A stretch of DNA of 63,525 nucleotides, the filler included, from Folioceros fuciformis (taxonomy: Eukaryota): assembly GCA_049999805.1 (NCBI GenBank). It is 6 parts of 6 records of this genome, joined end to end, with 100 filler letters (N's around TTAATTAATTAA, not from the genome) between each part and the next. Parts side by side here need not be neighbours in the genome. Positions count along the whole stretch, not along the records: positions 1 to 15,408 come from JBNGIO010005605.1; 5 more parts are not named here. One strand, 5' to 3'. The notes under the pieces were generated by a model. It worked only from the letters and a program-made list of their open reading frames with translations. It did no database searches and had not been told where the DNA came from. The position numbers and the translations under genes were made by a program. Shown piece by piece: positions 1 through 12,933 of this stretch. Every line of letters begins with the position of its first letter. The first letter of the stretch is position 1.

Positions 1-423
1 AAATTATTATATATAATATTACTGAGAAGTCTATATATCTTTGTGGCCAAATCTTCTAAGTGTACTTTAATTGAGATAGAAGTATGGAATACCGGTATGG
101 ACATATGTTTTCTTTTTTTAGGGTTTAGGGTATGTCGTAGGCGAATATTCTAGTGCATCTTCGATGTACAGAAAAATAGCCGAGGGTGAAGGTGAAAAGG
201 ATCTTGACATTACTTGTATCCACAATATGATAAACCTGGACAAATTACATACATACCTACCCACAACACCCGTGAGTCGACTCTGACAGCAGGCAGACGT
301 CACAATTTTATCTGAAATGCTGACAACGTCGTGTGCGTGTGCTTCAGGCCCCCATGAGTTATGAGTTATGTATACAGAAGAGAACAGAGGGAAGCAGGAA
401 CTGATCATCCAGGTTGTCAAGTC

Positions 424-3400
424 ATGGCAGCTCACTTCCTGCTGCTCTTGCTGGTGCTGCCCTTAGTGTCCGTCTCTGCTGCCGAATTATGCACTCCACA
501 AGATGCTGCCTACCAGACTGCTGCGGGTCCCGTTCCTGGCATGCTCAATGTCCACTTGGTTCCTCACACCCACGACGATGTGGGCTGGCTCAAGACCGTA
601 GACCAGTACTACGTCGGCTCCAATAACAGCATTCAGGTACTGCGCATTTTGCATTGAAACAATTTGCTTCGCATGCTTGCCTCCCTTTCTTGCATGCTGT
701 CTCGGGGTCCATTTTCTCCGTGTCCTCCCTTATTAGTTCGATGGCGGCTGGCAGGTGGCAGCAGTGCAGTACATTTTGGATTCTGTTGTCTCCTCGCTCC
801 TGGAGGACCGGAATCGCAAATTTGTCTATGTCGAACAGGCGTGTGTTCTCACTCACAGATGATTGTATCGGGCGGAAGTTGGAAGCTGGGATTGATAGCC
901 TACTGTAGCTCACTGCACGACCTCGTTTGGACAGGCCTTTTTCCAAAGGTGGTGGCGGGTGCAGTCTAAGGCCAAGCAGGAAATTGTCAGAAAGCTGGTG
1001 GACGATGGGCAGCTGGAGTTCATGTACTTTGCGCTTCCCACCTTTCTGATTCTGGTGCAAAATTTCGGAGATGGATTAGGGCCATCAAGGATCTCATGTG
1101 CTCTGCTGATCTTGTGTCAGCAATGGAGCATGGTGCATGCATGATGAGGCGACGACGCACTACATTGACATGATTGATCAGACTGCTCTTGGCCACCGAT
1201 TCATCAAACAGCAGTTCAACAAGGTGCCAAGGATTGGCTGGCAAATTGATCCATTTGGCCATTCTTCGGTCCAAGCGTATCTGCTGGGAGCCGAGGTGAG
1301 TTTCAGCAAGAGATGTCGCAGATACGCTGAGAAGCTCACGTCAGGCTGGTTGACTGGCGATCCTCTCTTCAAATTCGTTGGTGTGCTCATGAGACCTGAT
1401 TGCAGTAATATGTGGATATGTCGGTTGAAAACATTATCCTGTAAAAAACGATGGATGCAGCTGGGCTTTGACGCGGTTTTCTTCGCTCGAGGAGATTACC
1501 AAGATGTGGCCAAAAGGCGCAGAGATCGGTCCATGGAATTCATTTGGCGTGCTTCCGAGTCTCTGGGGGAATCTTCTGAGGTCTAGTTCTGAGCCACAAA
1601 CCACAAGAGTGCCCATTGTAGTTGACCTTTAATCAGGAATTGCATTCAGATCTTCGGGGGAGTTCTTGCACATCACTATGACCCCCCAAACGAGTTCCGG
1701 TACGACATCCACAATACAGAGCCCCCAATCCAGGTCTGATTTCGCTACAAGTTGGTCTGCATTTTCACAAACCTTCTCTGCTAGGCTTTAACTGTGATGC
1801 ATGATGTTTTTGCAGGATGATCCTCTCCTCTTTGACTACAATGTTCCAGATCGAGTGGATCTTTTTGTGAAATATGCTCAAGATCAGGCAGGTTCTCGCT
1901 CTCATGTATAGTTGCAACTGGGGAATTGGGTATGTCTTTTTCTGTCCTCACGGTCATTCTTGGTCTTGCTTAAATTGTTACCAATATCCGATGCTGTCCA
2001 TCAGGCTGCAGAGTTCCGGACAGAGCACATAATGTGGACGATGGGAGAAGATTTTGCTTATGAAAATGCCAACACTTGGTTCAAGCAAATGGACAAGCTC
2101 ATACATTACGTTAATAAGGCAATTGCTTGCAGGCCAAAACATCGTCGTCTATCCAGCATACTGTCGGACCTCTAGCTCTTAGTAACAAGGGCGACGTATC
2201 TCATTCGTGTTTGCTGTTTGCTGTGATGGCTTACTTCTTGGGCGGGACAGGATGGCCGTGTCAATGCCTTCTACTCAACTCCCTCTGTCTATCTTGATGC
2301 TAAGTATGCAGCCAATGAGACCTGGCCCTTGAAATCTGGTGATTTCTTCCCGTACGTAACTTACTTACCCGTGGGCTGGTTCCAATACTGTCGCTGCTTG
2401 AAATCGTTGCGGCACTTAAACGCTGAACTCTGCAGGTATGCAGACTCTGCAGCCAGCTACTGGACAGGGTACTTCTCAAGTCGGCCTGGATTAAAGGGAT
2501 ATGTCCGCAAACTTAGTGGCTATCTCCTAGTAAGTCGAGTAGATCTTTCTGAATCTGGGAAAGGATTCCTAAAATTTTTCCACTGACCAGTTTCCTGAGA
2601 TAGTTCGTGTTCCCTACTCAATTGCCTGATAGGCAGCCAGGCAACTTGAGTTCTTGTTGGGGAAAAGTGCGGTAAGATCGAGCACAGATTCACTGGAGGA
2701 AGCCCTGGCTATTTTACAACATCACGATGGAGTTAGCGGTACTGAGAAACAGCATGTAGCTGATGATTATGCTGAACGTCTAGCAATTGGTGCCGCTGAG
2801 GTGAGCACACTGTTTCAGTTCGATGGTTTTGTACTGTCTTGCTGGCTCAACGTCATGCATTGCTTTCTTTCATAGAATGTACCTTGAACATGATATAATC
2901 TGGGGATTCCTTCTATCTGCTGTGGGACCTGCCATTCACGTACTTGTAGAAAAGCAGTTCAGTTTTGACGTATCCCAATTTTTTGGAGTGTTAACAGTCT
3001 GCAGATATTATAAGTGCTGCTTTGACCTACTTGCTGCAAGGCAACGCTCCTAGGGCTGCAGTTTCACTGAGGAATGAGGTCTCAGAGGCTTTTTCTTTGC
3101 ACCGTCGTGGTCTGGAAGGAAGTCAAAGACATACCAGTGGTAAATTGAAGCTAGAACAGGTTAGGTCTTCGACCAGAAATTAGTTACGTCTTCGACCAGA
3201 AATTAGTTCCTTTCAAGTAGTGCATTGAACTCTGCCTGTTCTGTGTAGTGTCCTTTTTTGAACGTGAGCTACTGCCCGCCATCTCAGAGAGATTTTGGTG
3301 ATGGAAAAGTTCTGGTAATTCATAACCCTCTCTCCTAAAAAACTATGAACAGCATTCTGGATGCGTTACGACTGTAAACTAGGTGGGCCTTATTACGAAC

Positions 3401-6400
3401 CGTCTGTCTCTGCAGGTCTTGGTAGCCTACAACTCTCTTGCTTGGACCAGAAAGGAGTGGATACGACTGCCTGTAAGACAAGTTGGACGAAAAACAAACA
3501 TATTTCCTGAAGCTTGAACATCGCTGATGCCTGAACGTCCCTGTGAAGGCCTGAAAGCTTACTTGCATGGAACGCAGATGGTGATAGGGGATAGCCTCAC
3601 CCTGTATGTTTGCACTGTCAGGTTACATCAGACCATCTGGAGGTTACTAATGACTTGGGGATCACGATACCCTCACAACTGGTACCGGTGGACCAGTACA
3701 TGGTGAACAAGCTTCAGAAGGTATATGTCAGGGCACAGTTGGGAATTAGCGCAAGCCAGTCTGCTTCATACACATTGGTCTTTCAAGCCTCTGTACCTCC
3801 TCTGGGATATACCACCTTTTTCATCCGCGAAACATCCGCCGCGAGCCTTGGTACGGTCTTGGTTCGCGGATGTGTTTTCTTATGTACACTATCTTTTCAA
3901 GATTCTCTGTCCACGACTAGTCATGTATCTGGTGATTGAATGTGACTATCTGGTCCCGTGAGTTCTCTCTGATCCTTCATCTTGGGTAGGTCGAGCTGAG
4001 CTCTCGACTGTCGAGACAGCAGCTTCGGCGGGTCATGTTGATTTGAATTCTGAAAATCTGGGGTTAAGGTTTTCTACCTCAAGCGGACACCTGCAAGCAG
4101 TTTCACAGGTCAAAACTGGGGTAAGCTCTCCATCTTACGCTCCAAGCCTTTTTGTACAGATCTTGTTGTACTATTCTGCTCGATAATTCAGTGCTAATGC
4201 AAAGATGCAGAGTGTCAAAGGACGGTTTGAAAGCACGATCTTGCTATCGAAGATGTAGGAGTGTCGTTGTTAACCTCAACTTGTTGCCCTTGTAGACTGT
4301 CATTGACCTGGAGCAGTCTTATTGCTGGTACAATGGGAGTGCTGGGAATGCGGATGACCCGTACCATCAGGTTCCACCAACGTCGTTTACTGCTTGTCTT
4401 AAACCCTGGAAAGCAGCGAAAGTGAAAGACCTCTAGTAAATGTCTTTGTGCAGGCATCTGGGGCTTATATTCTGCGTCCCAATTCTTCGACATGCTTTCC
4501 TGTTGGTGAAGCTATTTCAGTGAGTTTAAGACTCTTACGCACAAGGGCAGTCTCAAATCTTCTACGTTGGGGAGGGAACCAGGGGTTGGGTGAGAGGTAG
4601 CCCCATTGAGGGCAAGAACTTCTTTCACATTCGTCACCAAAAGTGTCCATTTTGCAGGCTCCATTAACGGTCGTGAAAGGTGCATTAGTTGAAGAAGTAC
4701 ATCAGCGATTTGCCCCCTGGATCTCTCAGGTTTGTAGTCCTGAAGCTTGGCGTGCCCGAAGGCGATTGTTGCTTATGTACTAACTGCATTATCGCAGTTC
4801 CGCATGACGAGGTATTGTGTGTGTGCAAACATAGTATGAAGTAACTGAACTGAAAGTAGATTGGATGATGGCACTGGTGCATCTTGTCTAGCCAACTCAT
4901 GTTATTTGCCCTCCTTCTTGGACCGTGGACTCAGTTCTTCGACTTTGTGTAAATTGAGCTCTAGCAACCGTTCTTGAAGGACCAAAGTCTTTTTGCAATT
5001 ACTGACCTTGGAGTACTTGGACGTTTGTAGGTTATAAGGTTGTTCAGGAATTCCGAGTTCGCGGAAGTAGAGTTCTCGGTAAGTTATTGGATAGCCCTTT
5101 AAACACTAATGTAGAAATTCAAGGAATGTTGACAGAGAATTATGTTGTCTTCAGTCCTGTGATGGATTGCTTCCATTCATGTCAAACTTTCGGGAGTTTG
5201 AGCAGATAGGTCCCATACCAGTCGATGACAACCTTGGGAAGGAAGTGGTGACCAAGTTCTCCACTAGCATAGCAAGCGAAAAAAAGTTTTTCACAGATTC
5301 CAACGGTCGTGACTTCATTGCACGGGTGAGCTTGCTGCATTTCTCGGACATCCGAGCAGGGTTTCTTCCTGGCTGAAACAACCAGAATGAGAAGGTTGAG
5401 CGTGGAGTGACTTGCTGTGGGCCATTTGATAGGTGAGAGACTACAGGTCCGACTGGGAGTTGAATGTCACACAACCTGTAGCTGGCAACTACTATCCGGT
5501 AAGATATTGCTGAGCTCTCGTCATGAGTTGCAATCGTGATATAACCGGTCTTGATGCTTCGGAGCCGGACTGGGGCTGTCTGCAGCTCAACTTGGGCATG
5601 TACTTGAGGGATGAAGATGCAGACTTCTCCCTGTTAGTCGATCGTGCAGTGGGCGGAGCCAGCCTTGCCGATGGTCAGCTGGAGGTCATGCTTCACAGGT
5701 TTTGCCCTGCTTGCTTAATGGGCAGCACTTAAATATGGCTGTACACCATACGCTAACTCAGTGTGGCTGGTTTTGCCTGCCGTTGCTGATGCTAGCATAT
5801 GGACTGAGCGCACCAATCTCTCAGTATGGTTGTTTGTGCCTGCTGTTGTAGGTGCTAGCATATTTGACTGAATGCACGTTGTTCTCCGACATGCAGGCGC
5901 TTGTTATACGACGATGGAAAGGGGGTTGGTGAGGCCTTAAATGAGACGGTGTGTGTACAAAACACTGGAGTCTGTGAAGGCCTCACGGTACGTGAATTCC
6001 TGAAGCTGCTGCTTCCTTGAGGAAGGTTTGGAGAGGAGAAGAGATTGTTGATGACTAGGTGTGGGTGCCCAGGTGAACGGGGTTGTGCTGTTGGGCATCA
6101 ATGCGGTTAAGGAAGCCCCTAAATGGCGTAGATCCCTGGGACAACGGTTACTTGCTCCTCTCCAACTAACCTTCACAGTACTGGAGGTACGTTGTCTGCG
6201 GTACATGCAAATTCTCATGTGGTGCGTAAGCTTGTGCAACAGAATTCCAATGAATCTTGGTGGTGCAGGACGATGCCGAGAATCGCCTCAATGTACTACA
6301 ATTCTCTGCAGTAGATCCTGGCTATGAGCTCCCACCCAATGTGGCTTTGATCACTCTCCAGGTGTGGAACTACTCAGAACCATCACATGCATGCACGAGG

Positions 6401-6979
6401 ACCTCTGGCACGACTTAGTCCTCTCATGTGTGGGCTGTCTGTTGACAAATTCACTGTAACTTGTGGTACAGGAGATCGAGGACAACGAGATCCTTGTGCG
6501 TCTTGCTCATCTGTACGAGGTGAGCGTTCCAACCCCCGGTATTGTAAGTCGCGGAAGGTGAAGGTGACGGATTTGTGATGTGCCCTGACCGGTTGTTGCA
6601 CAATGTGTACAATGCTAATCCGACAACGAAGGCGGGCGAGGACGATGAGCTTTCCCAAGTGGCATCGGTGCCGCTGCAGCGGTTGGTGCCGGTGGAGGTG
6701 AGTGTGCCGACAAATGCAAGCAATGACGCATGTGGTCCGACCTTTGGTGGTCGTCACCTACCCGCTCCTGCCTCGGTTCTGCAGATCAAGGAGGTGGTAG
6801 AGCTGTCCCTGTCCGGCAATCAGCCGAGATCGGAAATGAAGCGGCTCAAGTGGCGAGCAGCAGAGAGCTTCGAGGATGGAGAGGCGAGCAAGGCTGTCCG
6901 TGGCGGACCCGTCGGTGAAGACCCTTTCGTGGTGGAGCTGGGGCCCATGGAAATCAGGACCTTTAGGGTACGCTTGTAA
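424..6979 (+). CDS. Vacuolar/lysosomal-type alpha-mannosidase (glycoside hydrolase family 38), about 29 exons, apparently intact
   Basis: ATG at 424 with a signal peptide ([20 protein letters not shown]). Exons join to give GH38 motifs [120 protein letters not shown] and LGPMEIRTF. Stop TAA ends at 6979. I traced 28 short introns by hand. Confidence 0.96.
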
Positions 6980-7539
6980 GCCGATGTCGTGCCATCGCCT
7001 TACTGGATGATCAAATGATGATTGGGAGGGAAGATCTCCCATGCTCACTGACGATGGCTTTTTTCCCTCATCGTTCTTACAAGTCATTCGTAGCGAGGAG
7101 CTGAATTATCCAAGGGGACTAGAACAGGCCTCCGATTCCCCATGGGTCTGCCAAACCTCAGTACAGACAGGCGTACAAAGATTGTATGTATATACTATGT
7201 TGGTACTGAAAGAGAAGTATGACAGTGATAATAGCCGTACGATATCATAAGGTACAATTCGGGGTGTGTCACACGAGGAGGCTAGCATGCCCAACTCACA
7301 GGGCCAGACCTCGAGAAATACTTTTAACCCGAGCAATTCTTTTCTTTTTATATTTTAAAATATTTTACATTTTAGTGACGTATCTGATAGATTTTTTTCA
7401 GAATTTCTTTCAGACTATGGTATACCAAACCGGAGAGAGGGGGTTCGGCAGAAAACTTTTTCTAAATAGTGAGTTTGGCGGGTTTGGGCTTGAGCACAAA
7501 TGTTTAGCTTATGAAGAAAAAAATCCAAACCAGCCATTC

Positions 7540-10452
7540 CACTCCAGGGGATATTGCGGCTTTTCGGTCTGTTAGAAATGAGTACTTTCGGAGCGTGAAA
7601 GTTGCCAAGAAGGACCATTGGAAGAAATTTCTGATGGAGGCTAGCAACTCGGATATTTTATCGCTCCACTAAACCCGCTTCCTCGTCTTTCACTCCTCCT
7701 TTACTCTCTGGAGACGAGTCACTTGCTTACTCTCATGCTACCAAGTGTGTTGTCCTCCGTTTTGCTTTATTTCCCTCTTCTTCAGACACCCCTCCTCTTC
7801 CCCCGTCCGCTGCTTCCCTTTTCTCATGGCACACCCCTGCTTTGCACGAGGTGCAGCCGGCTCTCTTTGGTGCGAAGGCCTGGAAAGCGGCAGGCCCGGA
7901 CACTATTGTTGCAGGTTTTCTTCAGAGGGGTTGGGACCTCCTCAAACAATTTTACTTATATATCTTCCAGGACTGCTCCACTTTGGGTTATCATCCTTTG
8001 ACGTGGCGTCACTCGCTCACCATCATTCTCTGCAAACTCAATCGGGCTAATTATTCATTACCCCGCTCATATTGCCCTAATGCTCTTCTTAATTGCTTAG
8101 GCAAGGCCTTGGAGGGTTTTATGGCTTCATGTCTCTCCTTCTTGGTTGAGAACAATCATGGCCTCCTTCCCTCCGGTCATTTGGGGGGTCGGCCGGGTCG
8201 GAGTACAAGCGATGCAGCAGCTCTCCTTGTTTAGGATATCCGTCGGGCTTGGGGTCAACGACATGTTCTCTCCCTGCTCCTCATGGATATCAAAGGTGCA
8301 TATGACTCAGTTAACCATCAGATTCTCTTATCTATCTTGTGCAGGAAGGGCCTTCCAACTCCGCTGATCCATTGGGTCTTCCACTTTTTGTCTCAGCGGG
8401 CGACGACACTTTGCCTGGATGGTCAATATGACACTCTTGCTCCCATCAATTCTGGGTTACCCCAGGGTTCGCCAATCTCGCCTATTCTTTTCCTATTCTT
8501 CACTTCTGATCTCATCACTCAACTTCAAACCATGGGTGGTGGCACTGGCTGGATTGATGACACGGGGGCATATGTCACTGCTCCTTCATGCAAAAAGTCT
8601 ACAAAAAAACTTCAGGCTATGCTTTGTGTGGCATCGGAGTGGGCCTCCACGCACCTCGTGGAGTTTGATTCTAACAAGTTTGAACTTATTCATTTTTCCC
8701 TAAAGCATAAGGAATCAACAAAGGAATATACTCTTTCGTTACCTGATGGTTCCCTTATCACTCCCTCCGAGTGTATTAGATTTTTGGGCTTCTATTTGGA
8801 TTCCAAGTTAACTTGGAACACGCATGTTCATCAGGTTTCGGCTTCCGCAATGCGTACTTTGTCAGCTATAATCTCTCTTGGGAATTCAGTTTGGGGCCTC
8901 AATGCCAAGCTTCTTCGACAATTATACATCAGTGTTGTCCTGCCCAAGCTCAATTACGGCTGCAATGTCTGGTTCAACGGAGGTCGTACACACATTCAAC
9001 ACCTCCAATGGGTCCAACGTCTAGCCTGTAGGGCCATTACTGGTGCGTTTCGAACTACCTCCACTGATGCCCTTGAATTTGAAGCTTTTCTTCTGCCCAC
9101 GGAGTTGCGCCTCCAATGCCATTCTCTCCGTTCTCTCCTCCGCAACGTCTCCTGCCCTCCCTCTCACCCCATCCATCAAGTCTTTCTTCCTACAACTAAC
9201 TACAAAAAACGCTACCACCATGCTATCCGCAGTCGCCTCACACTCCTTTCCCCTAGTACTCTGTACTCCGCTTTAGGACTGCCAACCTCCACTGCCATTG
9301 AGACTATTTTTCCTCGACTCGTGCCTTCCTGGGCCTCTCCTCTTTCTTTACCCACAACCATCATAATTTTACAATCTCCCACTTCTGCTATTGCCTTACT
9401 TTCCCTACATCTTTGGACTCCTGATGCCCTTACCATTTACACTGATGGTTCTCTTCTGGATGGTCATGCCGGGGGCACGGCTGTTTTCTACTTCAATGGG
9501 GATATTGTCCATCAATTATCTTTTGGTTTAGAAACATACTACGGGGTTTATGAGGCAGAACTCCTCTCTGTGGTCAAAGCAATTTCATGCCTGCCCACCC
9601 TCTTTGCTTCCATCCCTAGGATTTCATCAATTACAATTTTCCTTGACAATCAAGCAGCTATCATATCTTTAACGGACACTTTGGCTCGCCCAGCCCAAGC
9701 CATATCTCTCCAAGCTAGGGCATCTCTCCATGCCTTCTCGGTTGCTTATCCGGAGGTTTTCCTTAATCTCCACTGGATTCCGAGCCATCACACAATATAG
9801 CTGGTAATGAGCATGCAAATGTAACCGCCAAGGCTGCCACTCTTCTTCCCATTTCCCGCGAAGACCGGATCCTATCAGTGTCCAGAGCTCGCCAGCAAAG
9901 TCATGCTGCAAGTCTACAAGAGTGGCGTTTACGGTGGGTTCCCTCAACTAAGGCTTCTGCGCTTAAGAGGGTGGTGCTTGCTGGCCCTTCGACCTCGGTG
10001 CTACAACGCCTTGGTCTCCATGACCGTAAGCTCTCATCATTTCTCACCCAGCTTCGGACTGGGCATATGGCTATTAAGGCTTACTTTAGGAGATTCAACA
10101 TTGCAGAGTATCCTTTTTGTCAGAAATGCAGGTCTTCAGAAGAAACTCGTCACCACATCCTTGGCCAGTGTATGGCCACTCGCAACACTTGGATCCAGAT
10201 GTTTCAAGGCTCTTACTACGATATCTGCCAACTTCTTAGTGTTCCCAAACTCAGGGAAAAACTTCTCTCTTACTTCAAGGCGATTGGCGATTACTTAACT
10301 TAGGCTTATTGACATAGCTATCTAGATTTGCTATTTTGTTTGCTCTAATCCTCTTTCTTTTGCGCTTTCCCAAAGTGTCCATTCAATCATGTTTTTGATT
10401 CACGTTCCGGCGTCATAGCCTCACGGCTGCATACGCCTAATGATAAATAAAT
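7540..10452 (+). mobile_element. 5'-truncated, degenerate LINE with RT, RNase H and a C-terminal Cys/His knuckle (Tad1/I-group-like)
   Basis: RT motifs: SYCPNALLNCLGKALE, MDIKGAYDSV, GLPQGSPISPILF, GWIDD, FLGFYLDSKLTW. RNase H motifs: IYTDGS, VYEAEL, IFLDNQAAI, LHWIPSH. Knuckle CQKC..ETRHHILGQC. (AATA)n 3' tail. Target-site duplication AAACCAGCCATTC (7527-7539) / AAACGAGCCATTC (10453-10465). In-frame stop at 8232 and a frameshift near 9800. Confidence 0.93.
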
Positions 10453-10765
10453 AAACGAGCCATTCATACTTTCGGCTGAAATATCGTTCAGAGAATATCA
10501 CAGGATGAGGGGGCTTAGGCAGATGTTGGACGTGCAATGTAGCAAGCATCACACGCAGCGGTGATGCCTGGTGTGTCGAGCTCCTGCAAAAGAATGGTAT
10601 AGTTTCCAAGATGTGTGTTGATCCTGATCATGGTGCCATGCAGCAAGGTTCCCGATGGCAGCACATTTATGCGTTGTAGGATGATTGGTTCCGATTAAAT
10701 TTTGTGTTCTATGTATGTGGAGTTAACCTTGTGATGTTTTGCAGAGCAGTGCCATCTCGGCTGCA

Positions 10766-10862
10766 AACCCTAACCCCTAATTGAATAAACCCTAACCCCT
10801 AAATGAGCAAACCCTAACCCCTAAGTGAGCAAACCCTAACTGCTAAATGAAAAAACCCTAAC
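10766..10862. repeat. Telomere-like 22-bp tandem repeat (AAACCCTAACCCCTAAATGAGC, about 4.5 copies)
   Basis: Directly visible repeat units; a shorter reverse-complement version lies near 11383-11430 in the partner MITE. Confidence 0.85.
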
Positions 10863-11182
10863 CCGTCAAAGCTCCATTAATGAATGTAAATGATGTTGAA
10901 TGTATGAGAATTGTTTCAAAGATAAAACTTTAGAGAGATATGAGTGTCTGGTATGGGAAAAAGTCCGTTTTGGGATGATGCCAAAATCGGACATTCCCTT
11001 AGATACTTGAGGGTACACGCTCCTCTCTATTTGGTTTGGTATGCCATAGGGGCCTAAATCTATTTTGGATTAAAAAATTAGAAATATTTTATCATAGATA
11101 AAGTAAAATAAAACAAAATACTCAAACATTTAAAAAAAGATCTTCAAATTCCATATTTTTTAGTATTCCAAAAGACTTCTTG

Positions 11183-12087
11183 TATGGCATACCAAACCGG
11201 ACATGGGAGAGAGTATAGTATTTTATGATTTTCATCTCGGGTATCTAAGGGAATATAGTATCTAAGGGAATATACCCCAAGATGTGTTTTCAATAGTGTC
11301 TGGTTTGGGCATCATCCCAAAATGGACTTTTTCCCACACTAGACACTCATATCTCTCTATTACATTCATCAATGGGTTTTACGGGTTATGGTTTGCAGAG
11401 GGTTTGCTCATTTAGGGGTAAGGGTTTGCAGCTGGGAAAAGAATGTCATTTTACATTCATCAATAGGGCTTCCACGAATGTTAGGGTTTGCAGCTGGGAT
11501 GGCAGTGGTACTATAGCTTGGCACTGCTTTGCAAAACATCACAATGTTAACTCCAGACACACAAATCAAAATTCAATTGGAACCAATAATCATTGGGTAA
11601 AAGAATTGCAAACCTGCAACGCATAAATGCATTGCCATCATAGCCTCGCTTCATGGCACCATGATCAGCATTAACACGTGTCCTAGAAACGATACCATTC
11701 TTTTGCACGAACTCGCTGCACCAAGCATCGCCACTACGCACAATGCCTGCTGCATCGTGCATCCAGCATCTTACCTAAAATAAAGGGCCTCAGCCCGCGC
11801 GTCTAGAAACGATACCATTCTTGTGCAAGAGCTCGCTGCACCAAGCATCGCCGCTACGCGCGATGCCTGCTGCATCGTGCATCTAGCATCTTACTTAAAA
11901 CAAAGGGCCTCAGCCCCCACGTCCAGCGATATTCTTCGAACGATATTTCAACCAAACATATGAATGGCTAGTTTGGATTTTTTTCTCCATGAGCTAAATA
12001 TTCGTGCTCAAGCCCAAACCGGACATACTAATTCTTTAGAAAAAGTTTTTTTTGCCAGACCTCCTCTCTCCAATTTGGTATGCCATA
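11183..12087. mobile_element. Non-autonomous TIR element (MITE-like copy B), inverted relative to copy A
   Basis: Begins TATGGCATACCAAACCGG and ends CAATTTGGTATGCCATA. Reverse-complement homology to 7416-7539 plus 10466-11048. Contains an internal 120-bp tandem duplication (11683-11916). Confidence 0.7.
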
Positions 12088-12259
12088 CTCTTAAGCCTCA
12101 CTAATTATCAATTTCTTCTTGAAGAAAGCTTTAAAATATTACCATATTTAAAAATTAAAAGTCATCTCATTTGATTAAAGTCTATATCAATATTCTTAAT
12201 TTTTCAATCAAATATCATAAGTACCTAAGACATTTTTCCTCCATATAGTGGGGTACAAT

Positions 12260-12560
12260 ATGAAATACCGATTTGGATACGCCCTTGATTTTTTTTTTTT
12301 TTGCTATATGTATTTTATATGGGAATATGTGGTAAAATCTACCACAGACTCTCGTACTCAACATAGCCACGTCACAGGACCTACCTCTCAACCGTAGAGG
12401 GATTTTTTTCTCATCAATGTAATGAGCATGTGGACCAATACTAACGCATCCTATATTTTTCATGATGCCACACAATGTTTTAAGTTTCACTACACATAGG
12501 AAACATCGCAGGGGTTAGGGTTCGATAGGGTTTCAGAGATACATCGATTCACACCGTCGG
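12260..12560 (-). repeat. Dispersed non-coding repeat, homologous to 35688-36005 on the plus strand
   Basis: Reverse complement GGTCCACATGCTCATTACATTGATGAGAAAAAAATCCCTCTACGG..GTGGCTATGTT..CCAAATCGGTATT matches GGTCCACATGCCCGTTATCTTGATGAGAAAAAAGTGCCTCTACGG..GTGGCTATGTT..CCAAATCGGTATT. Confidence 0.8.
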
Positions 12561-12933
12561 GTTGTGAATGATTAGGGGTGGTTTACGGCCTAGTTCACGA
12601 CGTACACGCCGACACACTTACAACAGCAATTGGGTTCGTTTATACAACTACCCTACAACCCATTCAATTAAGTGTGCAGCCACCTAAAAAACTAGATTCT
12701 ACCTTTCTGAGGAACTAGTCTCATTTGGTTTCTCTTGCAAAACTGCCAACACAAACTTTCTGCTTCATGTGCTTCGCAAAATCCACTTGATACTTTGCCT
12801 TTTAGGTGTGAATGATGCTGGTTGTATGGAGGGAACGTTGAAGGAGTGGACATGTGAGGAGAATGTGCTCTAGGACAAATCCGCTTGCAGTCACTTGTGT
12901 GGCGATCTTTCCACATTTGCCCCTCCATCCAGA

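Larger units (their letters stand above)
7416..11048. mobile_element. Non-autonomous TIR element (MITE-like copy A), split by a LINE insertion
   Basis: Begins TATGGTATACCAAACCGG (7416) and ends TTGGTTTGGTATGCCATA (11048), an inverted terminal pair. With 7540-10465 removed it aligns in reverse complement to 11183-12087. Confidence 0.7.

Noticed and set aside
3165-3208. 23-bp tandem duplication in a mannosidase intron (and a degenerate one of about 64 bp near 5757-5877)
   Set aside because: Ordinary intronic slippage duplications with no sign of function.
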